A stretch of 64,000 bases of DNA from Isoptericola halotolerans (GCF_013149785.1 NZ_JABEZU010000002.1:372001-436000); one strand, 5' to 3'; shown: positions 18,651-29,316, counted from the stretch's first letter. The notes: generated by a model from the letters alone, not told the origin. Program-made: numbers and translations.

Positions 18651-20050
18651 GCCGTCCGCGCGTCGGCGTCATGCGCACCGTCGCGTCCCGGTGGATCGAC
18701 TGCGCCGTCGCCTCCGCGCGCCGGTCTGGCGAGGAGCTCGAGCACGGCGACGACCGCCCCGGTGACCAGCGCGGCACCCACCACGAGCTGCGGCGTCAGC
18801 TGGGGAGCGAGCAGGAGCACGAGGGCACCGCACGCCAGCACGGCACCGCGTGCGGCGCGGCCGTGGCGGCCGAGCCAGGTCCCGAGCCGCCCGGTGGTGA
18901 CACCGCGCCGTTCGGCACGGGTGCGCAGCCGGCCGAACGACCTGGCGATGGTCCGACGCACCGTGCGGGCCGAGTCGCTGGCCCCTGCCAGGTAGGCCGC
19001 GACGGCGACGACGATGCCCAGCACCCCGACCGTGCGCAGCGTGATGCGGAGGAACGACACGGTCTGGTCGAACACCGCCTCGGCGGCGTCCAGGCGCAGC
19101 ACACGGCCCGTCAGTGCGTCCAGGTACAGCTCGCGGGAGACCGCGAGACCGGCACCGAGCAGGACCATCGCCACCGCGAGCGCCAGACCCGCGCCGAGCA
19201 GGGCGCGCAGCGGGCGCACCGCGACGAGCGCCGCTGCGGCGTACAGCCCGAGGGTGACCCACGGTAGCCACGTGCCCAGTGCGACGAGCTGTCCGTAGCG
19301 GTTCTGCAGGTCGACGAGCTGTGTCGACCTGGCCAACGTGAACGAGGCGTCGATGCTCGGGATGCTGCGTGCAGCGTCGAGCCCTCGCTCCGCGAGGCGT
19401 TCCTTGAGGACGTCGATCACCTCGGCGAGCTGGATCGTCAGCTGGCCGTCCTGCACCTGGAGCAGCTCGCCGTCGGCGCCCTGCATGACCACGACGAGCT
19501 GCCGGTGCGCCGTCCGGTTGGCCTCCGCCCACAGCGTGGCGAACTGCGGACTGGTGACCAGGTGGTCCGCCGTCTCCCGGACGAACGACTCGACCCCGTT
19601 CGTCAGCGGGGCCTCGAGCGCCGACAGGGCCGCGGTCGCGCGCGGCGCGATCTCCCGGTCGTCCAGCGTGCCCTGGAGCTCGCCGACCGCCTCGTGGACG
19701 AGCGTGGCGACGTCGAGTCGCGTCATCAGCTCCTGGGTGATGCGGCCGGCCACCGCGCTCTGCACCACGGGGTCGTCCGCGAGGGGGGCGACGGTGGACA
19801 CGTAGCGATCGGTGTCGGTGAGCGTGCGCTCCGCCCACGCGGCGATCACGGCCGCCGGGGCGAGCAGGGTGGCCGCGACGATCAGCGCCACCGCCGCTGC
19901 GGACCGTCCGGGACGGCGGCGCGCGCTCTCCCGGGGCTCGTCCGGCGGTGCCTGCGCCGCGAGGAGGCGCCGTAGCTCGGCGTTCTCGCGCTCGAGCTCG
20001 GCGGCCCTGCGCGACGCGTCCTCGACCGGGGCGTCGTCTTCCTTCGCCAT
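18647..20050 (-). CDS. Multi-pass membrane protein with a large extracytoplasmic domain
   Basis: N-terminal TM, DTDRYVSTVAPLADDPVVQ, FATLWAEANRTAH and several C-terminal TMs. Stop codon overlaps the CMD gene start. Confidence 0.8.
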   Translation of the reverse strand: MAKEDDAPVEDASRRAAELERENAELRRLLAAQAPPDEPRESARRRPGRSAAAVALIVAATLLAPAAVIAAWAERTLTDTDRYVSTVAPLADDPVVQSAVAGRITQELMTRLDVATLVHEAVGELQGTLDDREIAPRATAALSALEAPLTNGVESFVRETADHLVTSPQFATLWAEANRTAHRQLVVVMQGADGELLQVQDGQLTIQLAEVIDVLKERLAERGLDAARSIPSIDASFTLARSTQLVDLQNRYGQLVALGTWLPWVTLGLYAAAALVAVRPLRALLGAGLALAVAMVLLGAGLAVSRELYLDALTGRVLRLDAAEAVFDQTVSFLRITLRTVGVLGIVVAVAAYLAGASDSARTVRRTIARSFGRLRTRAERRGVTTGRLGTWLGRHGRAARGAVLACGALVLLLAPQLTPQLVVGAALVTGAVVAVLELLARPARGGDGAVDPPGRDGAHDADARTA

Positions 20051-20106
20051 GGGGTCCCTTCCCGAGTGCCGGACCTCCAGGATCGGGTCGCGACCGTCGG
20101 CCGTCT

Positions 20107-20124
20107 TCACACAGTCCGCGTGAA
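20107..20124. promoter_or_regulatory. Putative LuxR/MalT-type operator, copy 3
   Basis: TCACACAGTCCGCGTGAA (TCAC-N9-GTGA) upstream of the membrane-protein/CMD unit. Confidence 0.6.
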
Positions 20125-20153
20125 CCTTCCCGGGGTGCCGCCGTCGGCCACCG

Positions 20154-20744
20154 TCACCGGCTCAGGTGCGCCAGCACCTGCTCGACGGCGGACGCCCGGT
20201 GGGCGCGGGACGGCCACGCGCGTGCGTCGGTCGACGTCGGGAGGAGGTCGAGCCGGGCCGTCGCGTCCCGGACCGTCAGGACATCGACCGTGGACCCGCC
20301 GCCCCGGGTGCTGCCGGCCTCGACGGACGCCGGTAGTGTCACCCACCAGCGCGGTGCCTCGTCACCGCGCACCCAGAGCTCGACGCGGTCGGTCAGCAGG
20401 GCGTATACGACGTGCTCGCGGTCCGGGCAGTCGGGCGGCAGGCCGCGCGTCCCGGCCTGCAGCCTGCCGGCCTCGGCCGTCAGTGCCGCCGTCGGCCGCC
20501 CCACGACCAACGGCGTGCCGGGCCGGTGCCGGGCGACCCGCGCCACCTGGCCGCGGACCCGCGTCGCGACGACGCCGGCCCAGCCCCCCACGGCCAGTGC
20601 GGCGACCGCCAGCAGCACGGCGATGCCGCCGAGGACTCCGGGATCGCCCAGCCGACGTCCGATGTACGCCGCGTAGAGCAGCACAATAAGCACGCTCGCC
20701 AGGCCGGCGAGACCGCCGTTCGTCGCGAGGCGTCGGGGGCTCAT
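20154..20744 (-). CDS. Hypothetical membrane protein (2 N-terminal TM helices)
   Basis: Two hydrophobic segments; TACGGT 6 nt before the ATG. Confidence 0.6.
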   Translation of the reverse strand: MSPRRLATNGGLAGLASVLIVLLYAAYIGRRLGDPGVLGGIAVLLAVAALAVGGWAGVVATRVRGQVARVARHRPGTPLVVGRPTAALTAEAGRLQAGTRGLPPDCPDREHVVYALLTDRVELWVRGDEAPRWWVTLPASVEAGSTRGGGSTVDVLTVRDATARLDLLPTSTDARAWPSRAHRASAVEQVLAHLSR

Positions 20745-20812
20745 GGCGCCACCGTACCGGCGGGCGGAGCGCCTCCGTCGGGCCCCGCCGGGGCATCCGT
20801 AGACTCGTCCGC

Positions 20813-21634
20813 ATGACTGCTCCGACGACCGACGCGGCGATCGCGACCCCGTACGAGGACCTCCTGCGCGACGTCCTGGAGCACGGCACCCCCAAGGGTG
20901 ACCGCACCGGGACGGGCACCCGGAGCGTCTTCGGGCGGCAGATCCGCTACGACCTGTCGCAGGGCTTCCCGCTCGTCACCACCAAGCGGGTGCACCTGAA
21001 GTCGATCGCGTACGAGCTGCTGTGGTTCCTGCGCGGCGACGCGAACGTGCGGTGGCTGCAGGAGCGCGGCGTGTCCATCTGGGACGAGTGGGCCTCCCCG
21101 GAGGGTGATCTCGGACCGGTCTACGGCGTGCAGTGGCGCTCGTGGCCGACGCCGGACGGGCGGCACGTGGACCAGGTCGCGGCGGTGATCGAGCAGATCC
21201 GCACGAACCCGGACTCGCGGCGACACCTCGTCTCGGCGTGGAACGTGGCCGAGATCGAGAACATGGCCCTGCCGCCGTGCCACCTGCTCTTCCAGTTCTA
21301 CGTGGCGGACGGCCGCCTGAGCTGCCAGCTCTACCAGCGCTCGGCCGACCTGTTCCTCGGGGTGCCGTTCAACATCGCCTCCTACGCGCTGCTCACGCAC
21401 ATGGTCGCGGCGCAGACCGGGCTCGAGGTCGGCGACTTCGTCTGGACCGGTGGGGACTGCCACATCTACGACAACCACGTGTCGCAGGTGGAGACCCAGC
21501 TCGCACGCGACCCGTACCCGTACCCGACGCTGCGCCTCGCCCCGCGCGAGTCGATCGACGCCTACGAGTACGAGGACATCGAGGTGCTCGGCTACCAGCA
21601 CCACCCCGGCATCAAGGCCCCCGTTGCAGTCTGA
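20813..21634 (+). CDS. thyA: Thymidylate synthase
   Basis: [38 protein letters not shown] and HIYDNH. Confidence 0.98.
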   Translation: MTAPTTDAAIATPYEDLLRDVLEHGTPKGDRTGTGTRSVFGRQIRYDLSQGFPLVTTKRVHLKSIAYELLWFLRGDANVRWLQERGVSIWDEWASPEGDLGPVYGVQWRSWPTPDGRHVDQVAAVIEQIRTNPDSRRHLVSAWNVAEIENMALPPCHLLFQFYVADGRLSCQLYQRSADLFLGVPFNIASYALLTHMVAAQTGLEVGDFVWTGGDCHIYDNHVSQVETQLARDPYPYPTLRLAPRESIDAYEYEDIEVLGYQHHPGIKAPVAV

Positions 21635-21688
21635 GGGCCCGAGGTCTGAGGGATCAGGGTCTGAGGGGTTGCGGGCCGAGGACGCCCC
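21629..21688 (+). repeat. Degenerate 15-bp tandem repeat (3-4 units) at the thyA-folA junction
   Basis: Units GTCTGAGGGCCCGAG, GTCTGAGGGATCAGG, GTCTGAGGGGTTGCG and GGCCGAGGACGCCCC. Confidence 0.75.
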
Positions 21689-21689
21689 G

Positions 21690-22211
21690 GTGATCGGGCT
21701 GATCTGGGCCCAGGCGCGCGACGACGCCGGCCGTCCGGTGATCGGTGCGGGCGGGACGATCCCGTGGCACGTCCCCGAGGACTTCGCGCACTTCCGCCGC
21801 ACGACGGCCGGGCACCCGGTGGTGATGGGCCGGCTCACCTGGGAGTCGCTGCCACGCCGGTTCCGGCCGCTGCCGGGGCGCACCAACGTGGTGGTCACCC
21901 GGCAGCAGGGGTGGGCCGACGACGGCGCGGTGGTCGCGCCGTCGGTGCCTGCCGCGCTGGACCTCGCCCGCGAGGCGCCGGGAGGCGACGAGGTCTGGGT
22001 GATGGGCGGCGGGCAGGTCTACGCGGAGGCGATGGCGCTCGCGGACCGGCTCGTCGTGACCGAGGTGGACCTGGAGGTCGCCGGGGACACCTTCGCCCCC
22101 CGGATCGACCCGGCCCGGTGGGTGCTGAGCGACGCCGTGCCCGACGACGGCGGGTGGCTGCCGTCGTCGGGCACGGCCCGGTTCCGCGTCAGGACCTCCG
22201 TGCGCCGCTGA
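21690..22211 (+). CDS. folA: Dihydrofolate reductase
   Basis: IGLIWAQ, IPWHVPEDFAHF, MGRLTWES, RPLPGRTN, VMGGGQVY and GDTFAP. An in-frame TTG at 21624 is an alternative start. Confidence 0.96.
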   Translation: MIGLIWAQARDDAGRPVIGAGGTIPWHVPEDFAHFRRTTAGHPVVMGRLTWESLPRRFRPLPGRTNVVVTRQQGWADDGAVVAPSVPAALDLAREAPGGDEVWVMGGGQVYAEAMALADRLVVTEVDLEVAGDTFAPRIDPARWVLSDAVPDDGGWLPSSGTARFRVRTSVRR

Positions 22212-22234
22212 CCCGGCGTCGCGCAGCAGGCGGG

Positions 22235-23590
22235 TCACCAGGAGGCGTTGGCCGCCATCTCCAGGGCGATCTCCTGCCACCAGGCGCCCGCCGAGGGGCC
22301 GCCGTTGCAGGTGCCGTCCGACTCGCCCGGCAGCTTGACCCAGAGCAGGGCGTCGAGCCCGGTGCTGTCGTCGACCAGGCGGGGCTGCTCGCCCAGGGCC
22401 CGGTCGCGCGGGTTGCACCACTCGCCGTTCGAGCCGTTGCCGTTGCGCGAGGTGTCGACGACGTAGCCGGCCCCACCGGTCAGCGCCGAGATCTGCTCGC
22501 CGTAAGCCCGCTCGGCAGCCGTCGGGTTGTAGTTGGACGTGTTGAGCGCGAAGCCGACGGCGTGGTCGAACCCGATCTGGTTCAGCCGGTCCGCCGCGAC
22601 GGACGGGCTCAGCCAGCCCGAGTGCCCGGCGTCGATGTACACCCGGCCCCCGGCCTCCGTCAGCTGCTCGGCGGCGTACCGCAGGAACCCGACGCGGTCG
22701 CCCTGGCCGTCGCAGTCGCCGAGCTGTGCAAGGGCGTCCGGCTCCAGGACGACGAAGGGGTTGCCCTGGATCCCCGCGGCGACCTCGTCGATCCACCGGG
22801 CGTACTCGCTCTGCTCGACCCCGCCGCCCGAGTGGCTGCCGCAGTCCCGGCCGGGGATGGCGTACACCGCGAGCATCGCGGTGCTGCCGTCGGCGGCCGC
22901 GCGACCGGTGTAGTCGGCCACGGCCTCACGTTCCGTGACGGCGTCGTTCCAGTTGCCGACCCAGTAGGCCTGCGGTGTGTGCGCGATCTTCGCCAGCAGG
23001 TCGCGGTCGGTGCCGCTCGCGGACTCCCAGGCGCCGTACGCCTGGGTGGTCGGGTCGACGTAGAGGTCGCCGACCGGCGCCGGCGTGGGCTCGTCGGTCG
23101 GGTCCGGCGTCGGGTCCGGGGTCGGCTCGTCGGTGGGGTCCGGGGTGGGTGTCGGCTCCGGTCCCACGTCACCCGTGCAGGGCACGCCGGACAGCGTGAA
23201 CGCTGTCGGCACCGGGTTCGCACCCGTCCAGGAGCCGATGAAGCCGAAGCTCGCCGTCGACCCGGTGGCCAGGTTCGCGTTCCAGGCCACACCCGTCGCC
23301 GAGACCGAGGTGCCGGACTGGACGACGTCGGCGTTCCACGCCTGGGTCACGGCCTGGCCGGGGGCTGCCGTCCATCCGAGCTGCCACGAAGGCACCGGGT
23401 CGCCGAGGTTGGTCACGGTGACGTCGGCCTGGAACCCGCCGGACCACTCGCTGGACACCTGGTAGTCGACCGTGCAGCCCTGCGCGGCCGTGGCGCTGGT
23501 CGCCGTGAGCACGCCGGCCGTGCCGGCTGCCACGAGGGCGAGGGTCGCGGTGAGGGCGGTCAGTCGGGTACGTCGTCGTCCCGGGATCAT
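22235..23590 (-). CDS. Secreted GH6 endoglucanase with N-terminal CBM2 and a Pro/Thr linker
   Basis: Signal peptide; CBM2 (CTVDY...WSGGF...QAWN...FGF...C); GH6 motifs YAIPGRDCG, LEPDAL, YIDAGH, DTSRNG and WVKLPGESDG. Confidence 0.93.
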   Translation of the reverse strand: MIPGRRRTRLTALTATLALVAAGTAGVLTATSATAAQGCTVDYQVSSEWSGGFQADVTVTNLGDPVPSWQLGWTAAPGQAVTQAWNADVVQSGTSVSATGVAWNANLATGSTASFGFIGSWTGANPVPTAFTLSGVPCTGDVGPEPTPTPDPTDEPTPDPTPDPTDEPTPAPVGDLYVDPTTQAYGAWESASGTDRDLLAKIAHTPQAYWVGNWNDAVTEREAVADYTGRAAADGSTAMLAVYAIPGRDCGSHSGGGVEQSEYARWIDEVAAGIQGNPFVVLEPDALAQLGDCDGQGDRVGFLRYAAEQLTEAGGRVYIDAGHSGWLSPSVAADRLNQIGFDHAVGFALNTSNYNPTAAERAYGEQISALTGGAGYVVDTSRNGNGSNGEWCNPRDRALGEQPRLVDDSTGLDALLWVKLPGESDGTCNGGPSAGAWWQEIALEMAANASW

Positions 23591-23679
23591 GGAGGCTCCG
23601 CATCGTCGTCGAGTCGGGTCGCGGGCCACGCTACGAGGGGGCGCGGACCGCCTCCAGCACCTAAACGGTTCGGTCGGCC

Positions 23680-25065
23680 TCAGGAAGCGTCGGCGGTCGC
23701 CACGAACGTCCAGGTGGGGTCCACGGCCTCGCCGTACCCGCGCGACTGCACGGTGAGGCTCCCGTCAGGACCCGTCACGAGGCGCAGCACGAGCGTGGCG
23801 AGCACCTCGCCGACGACGGCGCAGCGCACGTCGAGCGTGCCCGGCGCGGTCCAGCCGCTGGTCACCACGACCGTGCCCGGACCGCCGTCGCCCGGCAGGG
23901 CCCCGCCCCGGGAGGTGAGGAGGTCGGCTCTCACCGGCTCTCCGTAACGCAGGGGCAGCGTCACGATCCCGCCCGCCGCGTCCGTCTGCCTGGTCAGCGT
24001 GCCGCCGTCGGTGCCCAGGTCCAGGTCGATCGTCACGGTCGCGTCCCCGGCCCGGAACGCCCAGCCGCCGACGAGGGGCCGAGCGTGGTCCGGTTCGTGC
24101 CTCGGTGCCGGCCACGACAGCGCGCCCGGGGAGGCCGCCGTCGCACCGGGAGCGGGTTCGCCCCACGCGCCGCCGAGCTCGCCCAGGAGCAGGTCGATGA
24201 GCCGGTGGTCGCCGGTCGGGCAGGCCTGCGTGTCCCCGGTGACCACCACGACGATGTCGCGCGCGGGGTCGGTCCACACGAGCTGTCCGCCCATCCCGAA
24301 CATCAACCCTCCGCCGGCGACGGGGAGCCACAGCAGGTGCCCGTAGCCGCCCGCGAGCTGGGCGCCCCACGCCTGCAGCGAGGTGTCGGCGTGCGGCGTC
24401 GTCATCTCCCGGAGGAGACTCGCGGGGACGAGCCTGTTGCCGTCGGTCCTGCCGCCGTCGCGCAGCAGCCGCCCCAGGTGCAGCAGGTCGCGTGGGCTGC
24501 ACACCAGCCCGGAGCCGCCCTGCGAGACACCCTCGGGGTCCGTGAGAAAGCGGAACGAGCCGCTGACCCCCAGCGGGTCGAGCAGCCGTGGGCGCAGGTA
24601 GTCGGTGAGCGACGTGCCGGCCAGGCGCTCGACGAGGGCGGCGAGCACGTGCGTCCCGCTGGTGTCGTAGGTGAACACCGTTCCCGGACGGTGGGTCGGC
24701 GGCACCCGGAACCACGACTCGACCCAGCCCCGCCCGGCGCGGTCGTAGGTCGTGGCGCGGTGCGGTCCTTGCATGCTCAGCAGGTCCCGCACCCGGGTCC
24801 CCCCGGTCCACGGGTGGACCGGGGAGTGCTCGGGGAGGTGCCGGACCACCGGGTCGTCCAGGCCGAGCCGACCCTCCGCGACCAGCAGGCCGACGGCGAA
24901 CCCGGTGACCGTCTTGGACACCGAGTAGGTGCGCCGCGGGGTGTCCACGGTCAAGGGCGGGTTCGTCGCGCTGACCACCAGCTCGTCGCCGCGCAGCACC
25001 TCGACGCTGTGCAGCGCGAGGTCGAGCGCCTCGGCCTCGCGCTGCAGAAGGGTCAGCGGGTGCAC
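23680..25065 (-). CDS. Serine hydrolase, beta-lactamase fold (class C/esterase-like)
   Basis: YSVSKT (SxxK), PGTVFTY, YGHLLW and GMGGQ. Starts 4 nt downstream of xylB. Confidence 0.85.
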   Translation of the reverse strand: MHPLTLLQREAEALDLALHSVEVLRGDELVVSATNPPLTVDTPRRTYSVSKTVTGFAVGLLVAEGRLGLDDPVVRHLPEHSPVHPWTGGTRVRDLLSMQGPHRATTYDRAGRGWVESWFRVPPTHRPGTVFTYDTSGTHVLAALVERLAGTSLTDYLRPRLLDPLGVSGSFRFLTDPEGVSQGGSGLVCSPRDLLHLGRLLRDGGRTDGNRLVPASLLREMTTPHADTSLQAWGAQLAGGYGHLLWLPVAGGGLMFGMGGQLVWTDPARDIVVVVTGDTQACPTGDHRLIDLLLGELGGAWGEPAPGATAASPGALSWPAPRHEPDHARPLVGGWAFRAGDATVTIDLDLGTDGGTLTRQTDAAGGIVTLPLRYGEPVRADLLTSRGGALPGDGGPGTVVVTSGWTAPGTLDVRCAVVGEVLATLVLRLVTGPDGSLTVQSRGYGEAVDPTWTFVATADAS

Positions 25066-25069
25066 CTCG

Positions 25070-26587
25070 TCAGAGGAGGTCGCGTACGGCGGCGTACTGC
25101 TCGCGCACCTCGGGCCGGGGGTCGGCGGCCAGGGTGGTGGCCACCTGGGTCGACCACGCCGGCGCCGTCGCGTCCGGGGCGCTCGCGGCGGCGAGGACCC
25201 ATGCCGCCTGCCGTGCTGCGCCGTCGGCCACGTACTCGCCGGGCTCCGGGATGCCGATGGGCAGGCCGAAGACCTGCGTCGCGACGGTCTGGACGGCGGG
25301 GGACTGCGCCGCGCCGCCGATCAGCATGACCTGCTCGACGGGTACCCCCTGGGCGCGCAGCGCGTCGAGGCCGTCGGCCAGCCCGCACAGCATGCCCTCG
25401 ACGTAGGCGCGGGCCAGGTGCTCGCGCGTGGACGTCGCGATCCGCACGCCGTGCAGCGTGCCGGTGGCGTCGGGGCGGTTGGGGGTGCGTTCGCCCTCGA
25501 GGTAGGGCACGAGCACGAGGCCGTCGGAGCCGGGAGGGGCGGTCAGGGCGAGTCGTGAGAGCTCGTCGTAGTCGACGTCGAGCACGGAGCGGGCGGCGTC
25601 GAGCACGCGCGCCGCGTTGAGGGTGACGGCGAGCATCAGGGCGTTGCCGGTGGCGTCGGCGAACCCGTTGATCGCCCCGGACCCGTCGGCGGTGCGTCGC
25701 GGCGCGACGGCCGAGACGACGCCGGAGGTGCCGAGCGAGATGGCGATGTCACCCGGGCGCATGCCGAGACCGAGCGCGGCGCCGGCGTTGTCGCCGGTCC
25801 CCGGTCCGATCAGGGCACCGCCGTCCACGTCGCGGCCGGCGACCGACGGGTGTGCGAGGCCACCGGACTCGGACGGTGCGAGGACGCGGGGCAGGACGAC
25901 GTCGTCGCGGCCGAGGGCGAGGCGCAGCAGGTCGCGGCGGTAGGCGCCCTGCTCGGGTGTCGCGTCGTCGTCGGAACCGGTCTCGGGCCCGGACGCCTCG
26001 GCGTCGAAGTAGCCGGTGCCGGAGGCGTCGGACCGGTCGGTGAAGAGCGCCGTGAGGTCGGGCCCGAGGGGGGACTCGTCCGCGGGGCCGTAGCCGGCGA
26101 TGCGCCAGCTCAGCCAGTCGTGAGGCAGGGCGACGGCGGCGACCCGTGCGGCGTTCTCCGGCTCGGCGTCGCGCAGCCAGCGCAGCTTGGTGATGGTCAA
26201 CGACGCGACCAGCACCGACCCGGTGTCGTCGGCCCAGCGCTGGGCGCCGGCATCGCGGTCGCCGTCGCCGAGCTCGCGGATCAGGTCCTCGGCGGCGGGG
26301 GCGGACCGGGTGTCGTTCCACAGCAGGGCGTCGCGGACGACGCGACCGTCGGCGTCGAGGGCGACGAGGCCGTGCTGCTGGCCGCCGACGGCGATCGCGG
26401 CGACGTCGTCGAGCCCGCCGGCGGCGCGGGACGCCTCGGTGAACGCCGTCCACCAGTGGTCGGGGTGGACCTCGGTGCCGTCGGGGTGCTGTGCGGAGCC
26501 CGTGCGCACCAGGGCGCCGGTCTGCGCGTCACGGACGACGATCTTGCAGGACTGCGTGGAGGTGTCCACGCCGGCCACGAGGGGCAT
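25070..26587 (-). CDS. xylB: Xylulokinase
   Basis: [37 protein letters not shown] and YLEGERTP; lies downstream of xylA. Confidence 0.95.
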   Translation of the reverse strand: MPLVAGVDTSTQSCKIVVRDAQTGALVRTGSAQHPDGTEVHPDHWWTAFTEASRAAGGLDDVAAIAVGGQQHGLVALDADGRVVRDALLWNDTRSAPAAEDLIRELGDGDRDAGAQRWADDTGSVLVASLTITKLRWLRDAEPENAARVAAVALPHDWLSWRIAGYGPADESPLGPDLTALFTDRSDASGTGYFDAEASGPETGSDDDATPEQGAYRRDLLRLALGRDDVVLPRVLAPSESGGLAHPSVAGRDVDGGALIGPGTGDNAGAALGLGMRPGDIAISLGTSGVVSAVAPRRTADGSGAINGFADATGNALMLAVTLNAARVLDAARSVLDVDYDELSRLALTAPPGSDGLVLVPYLEGERTPNRPDATGTLHGVRIATSTREHLARAYVEGMLCGLADGLDALRAQGVPVEQVMLIGGAAQSPAVQTVATQVFGLPIGIPEPGEYVADGAARQAAWVLAAASAPDATAPAWSTQVATTLAADPRPEVREQYAAVRDLL

Positions 26588-26618
26588 CTTCGCTCCTAGG
26601 TAGGTTCAGACGACAAGC

Positions 26619-26690
26619 GTTGTGGGCGCGATTTCTGGGCTCGGAAGCCCGGCGTACCGGGCATTCCGGGCCAGAAATCGCGCCCACAAC
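26619..26690. repeat. REP-like palindrome, copy 2 (72 bp), in the xylA-xylB spacer
   Basis: Perfect 20-bp arms GTTGTGGGCGCGATTTCTGG and CCAGAAATCGCGCCCACAAC. Same length as the 321-392 element, with 19/20 arm identity. Confidence 0.85.
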
Positions 26691-26797
26691 ACCGAAGGTG
26701 GATCGGCCGATCAGCCGTTCCTTGTCGGCTGACCCTGCGGTTCCGCTTCGGGCGGGTGCCTCGTGCCTCGGCCCCCACCCTCTGCGTCACCTCCGTC

Positions 26798-27961
26798 TCA
26801 GCCGATGAGGTGCTTCAGGGCGAGCTGGTGCAGCTTCACCAGACCGTAGTCGCGCTCGGCGGTGGCGTCGACGTCGATGCCGTCCACGGACTCGTCGGCG
26901 AGGAACGCGTCGAACGACTCGCCGGCGCCCAGCGTCGACTCGCCGAGCTCGAAGATCCCGGCGTGCTGGAACGCGGCCTGGACCTCGGGGTCCTCGCGGT
27001 AGGCCTTGGCCTTGGCGGCGAGCATGTCGTAGGTGGCCATGTTGGCCTTGGCCGACTCCCAGACACCGTCGAGGTACTCGGTGCGCGACGGCTTGTAGTC
27101 GAAGTGCCGCGGGCCCTCGTAGCGCGGCCCGCCGTTCGGGAAGCCGTTCTCCAGCAGGTCGACGGTGAAGAAGGCGCTCAGCAGGTCACCGTGGCCGAAC
27201 ACGAGGTCCTGGTCGTAGCGGGGACCGTGCTGGCCGTTGAGGTCGATGTGGAACAGCTTGCCGCAGTACAGCGCCAGCGCGAGGCCGTGCGTGTAGTTGA
27301 GGCCCGCCATCTGCTCGTGGCCCGTCTCCGGGTTGAGGCCCACGATGTCGCCGTTGTCGAGGGTGTTGATCAGCGCGATGGCGTGCCCGATGGTGGGCAG
27401 GAAGATGTCGCCGCGCGGCTCGTTCGGCTTCGGCTCCAGGCCGATGCGCAGGTCGTAGCCCTTGGCCTTGATGTAGGCGGCGACGGTGTCGATGCCCTCG
27501 GCGTAGCGGGCGTGCGCGCTGTGCAGGTCCTTGGAGTTGTCGTACTCGGTGCCCTCACGGCCGCCCCACATGACGAACGTGGAGGCGCCCATCTCGGCGG
27601 CGTTGTCGACGCTGCGCAGCACCTTCTTGAGGCCGAACCGGCGGACGTCGCGGCTGTTCGAGGTGAACGCGCCGTCCTTGAAGATCGGGTGCGAGAACGT
27701 GTTGGTCGTGACCATCTCGCAGACCAGCCCGGACTCCTGGGCGGCCTTCTTGACGCTGTCGATCCCGGCCTGGCGGTCGGCCTCGGAAGCGCCGAAGGGG
27801 AAGACGTCGTTGTCGTGGTAGGTGAAGCCCCACGCGCCGAGGTCCGCGAGCTTGCGGACCGACTCGGCCGGGTCCAGCTCGGGCCGCGTCGCGGTGCCGA
27901 AGGGGTCGTTCGCGGGCCAGCCCACGGTCCACAGGCCGAACGAGTACTTGATGTCGCTCAC
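26798..27961 (-). CDS. xylA: Xylose isomerase
   Basis: [49 protein letters not shown] and HFDYKP. Confidence 0.97.
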   Translation of the reverse strand: MSDIKYSFGLWTVGWPANDPFGTATRPELDPAESVRKLADLGAWGFTYHDNDVFPFGASEADRQAGIDSVKKAAQESGLVCEMVTTNTFSHPIFKDGAFTSNSRDVRRFGLKKVLRSVDNAAEMGASTFVMWGGREGTEYDNSKDLHSAHARYAEGIDTVAAYIKAKGYDLRIGLEPKPNEPRGDIFLPTIGHAIALINTLDNGDIVGLNPETGHEQMAGLNYTHGLALALYCGKLFHIDLNGQHGPRYDQDLVFGHGDLLSAFFTVDLLENGFPNGGPRYEGPRHFDYKPSRTEYLDGVWESAKANMATYDMLAAKAKAYREDPEVQAAFQHAGIFELGESTLGAGESFDAFLADESVDGIDVDATAERDYGLVKLHQLALKHLIG

Positions 27962-28007
27962 GGTTCTTCTCCTCGTCGAGAGCTCGTCGCCGGGCACGGC
28001 CGCGGCG

Positions 28008-28030
28008 TTTTGTTGTACGAATGAACTATT
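28008..28030. promoter_or_regulatory. Putative XylR (ROK) operator
   Basis: AT-rich imperfect palindrome TTTTGTTGTACGAATGAACTATT between divergent xylA and xylR. Confidence 0.55.
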
Positions 28031-28056
28031 ACCGGTCGCTGGGCTAGAGTCAAGGC

Positions 28057-29316
28057 GTGACGCCCACACCGACGACGACGCCGCGCGCCCCTCGTGCGCC
28101 CTCCGGAGCCGGTGGCAGCGCCTCGCGACAGCACACGCTGCGTGAACGCAACCTCCGCCTCGTGGCGCGAGCGATCTATGACGCGGCCACGGAGGTCTCC
28201 GGGTCACCCGACGCCGTCCCACCGTCCCGTGCGGACGTCGCCGCCGCCACCGGGCTCACCCGGGCCACCGTGTCCACCCTGGTCGACCACCTCGTCGCGG
28301 CACGCCTCGTCACCGAGCTCGAGCCGGTCTCCTCGCAGCGGGCCGGGCGCCCCGCGGTGCCGCTCGTCCCGGCGCGACGCACCGTCGTCGGCCTCGGGCT
28401 CGAGGTCAACGTCGACTACCTCGGCGTCCGCGCCCTGGACCTCGCGGGCGACGTCGTCGCCGACCACGTCGAGGCCGGCACCTTCCACGACTCCGACCCC
28501 GCCGCCGTGCTCGCCCGTCTCGGCCTCCTCGCCGCCGACGTCGTCACCCGCCTCGAGGCCGACGGCCTGCGGGTCGCCGGGGCGCGTCTCGCGCTGCCCG
28601 GCCTCGTCGACGCCCGCACCGGCGAGCTGGAGGTCGCACCCAACCTCGGCTGGTCGTCCGTGCACCCCGTCGAGCTGCTCGGCCTCGGCGACCTGCCCGT
28701 ACGCGTCGCCAACGAGGCCAAGCTCGCCGCCCTCGCCGAGCTCGCCGGCGACGTCCCGCCGTCGTTCCTCTACGTCTCCGGCGACGTCGGGATCGGTGCC
28801 GCGATCGTCGTCGACCGAGCGCTCTTCCTCGCGGAGCGCGGATGGAACGGCGAGGTGGGCCACGTCGTCGTCGACCCCGCCGGCCCCCGGTGCTCCTGCG
28901 GCGCGAGCGGCTGTCTCGAGCAGTACGCCGGCAAGGAGGCGATCCTGCGTGCGGCCGGGCTCGCCACGGAGGCGCCGCTGGACGACCTCGTCGCGGCGCT
29001 GGCGGTCCCCGACGGCGGCACCCCGGGCGGGCGGGCACGCTCCGCCGTCGATCGGGCCGGGCAGGCGCTGGGGTCGGCGCTCGCCGACTTCGTGAACCTC
29101 ACCGGGGTGTCGACCGTGGTGCTCGGCGGGGTCTACACCGAGCTGGAGCCCTGGCTGCGGGCCGAGATCACGGCCGGGCTGGGCGCACGGGTGCTCGCGG
29201 CGCCCTTCGCGCCGGTGGACGTGCGCGCCGCCCGTGCGGGGCAGCACGCCGCGCTGACCGGGGGAGCGCGGGAGGTGCTGCGGGAGGTCGTGGCCGACCC
29301 GGCGGCCTGGGTGTGA
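28057..29316 (+). CDS. xylR: ROK-family transcriptional repressor of the xylose genes
   Basis: [35 protein letters not shown] and [10 protein letters not shown]; divergent from xylA. Confidence 0.9.
   Translation: MTPTPTTTPRAPRAPSGAGGSASRQHTLRERNLRLVARAIYDAATEVSGSPDAVPPSRADVAAATGLTRATVSTLVDHLVAARLVTELEPVSSQRAGRPAVPLVPARRTVVGLGLEVNVDYLGVRALDLAGDVVADHVEAGTFHDSDPAAVLARLGLLAADVVTRLEADGLRVAGARLALPGLVDARTGELEVAPNLGWSSVHPVELLGLGDLPVRVANEAKLAALAELAGDVPPSFLYVSGDVGIGAAIVVDRALFLAERGWNGEVGHVVVDPAGPRCSCGASGCLEQYAGKEAILRAAGLATEAPLDDLVAALAVPDGGTPGGRARSAVDRAGQALGSALADFVNLTGVSTVVLGGVYTELEPWLRAEITAGLGARVLAAPFAPVDVRAARAGQHAALTGGAREVLREVVADPAAWV

Noticed and set aside
21629..21688. Short repeats as a CRISPR array
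   Set aside because: Units are 15 bp and tandem with no spacers, and there are no cas genes.
23080..23165. Tandem DNA repeats in the cellulase gene
   Set aside because: They encode the ordinary Pro/Thr linker between CBM2 and GH6.
23660..23673. LacI-type operator upstream of the cellulase (CCTAAACGGTTCGG)
   Set aside because: Only 5 of 7 palindromic pairs, a single copy, and no LacI gene in the window; too weak to call.
321..26690. The two 72-bp palindromes as ends of one 26-kb transposon
   Set aside because: Each is a self-contained hairpin, the interval holds housekeeping genes (thyA, folA, aminotransferase), one copy splits the xylA-xylB spacer, and there is no transposase.
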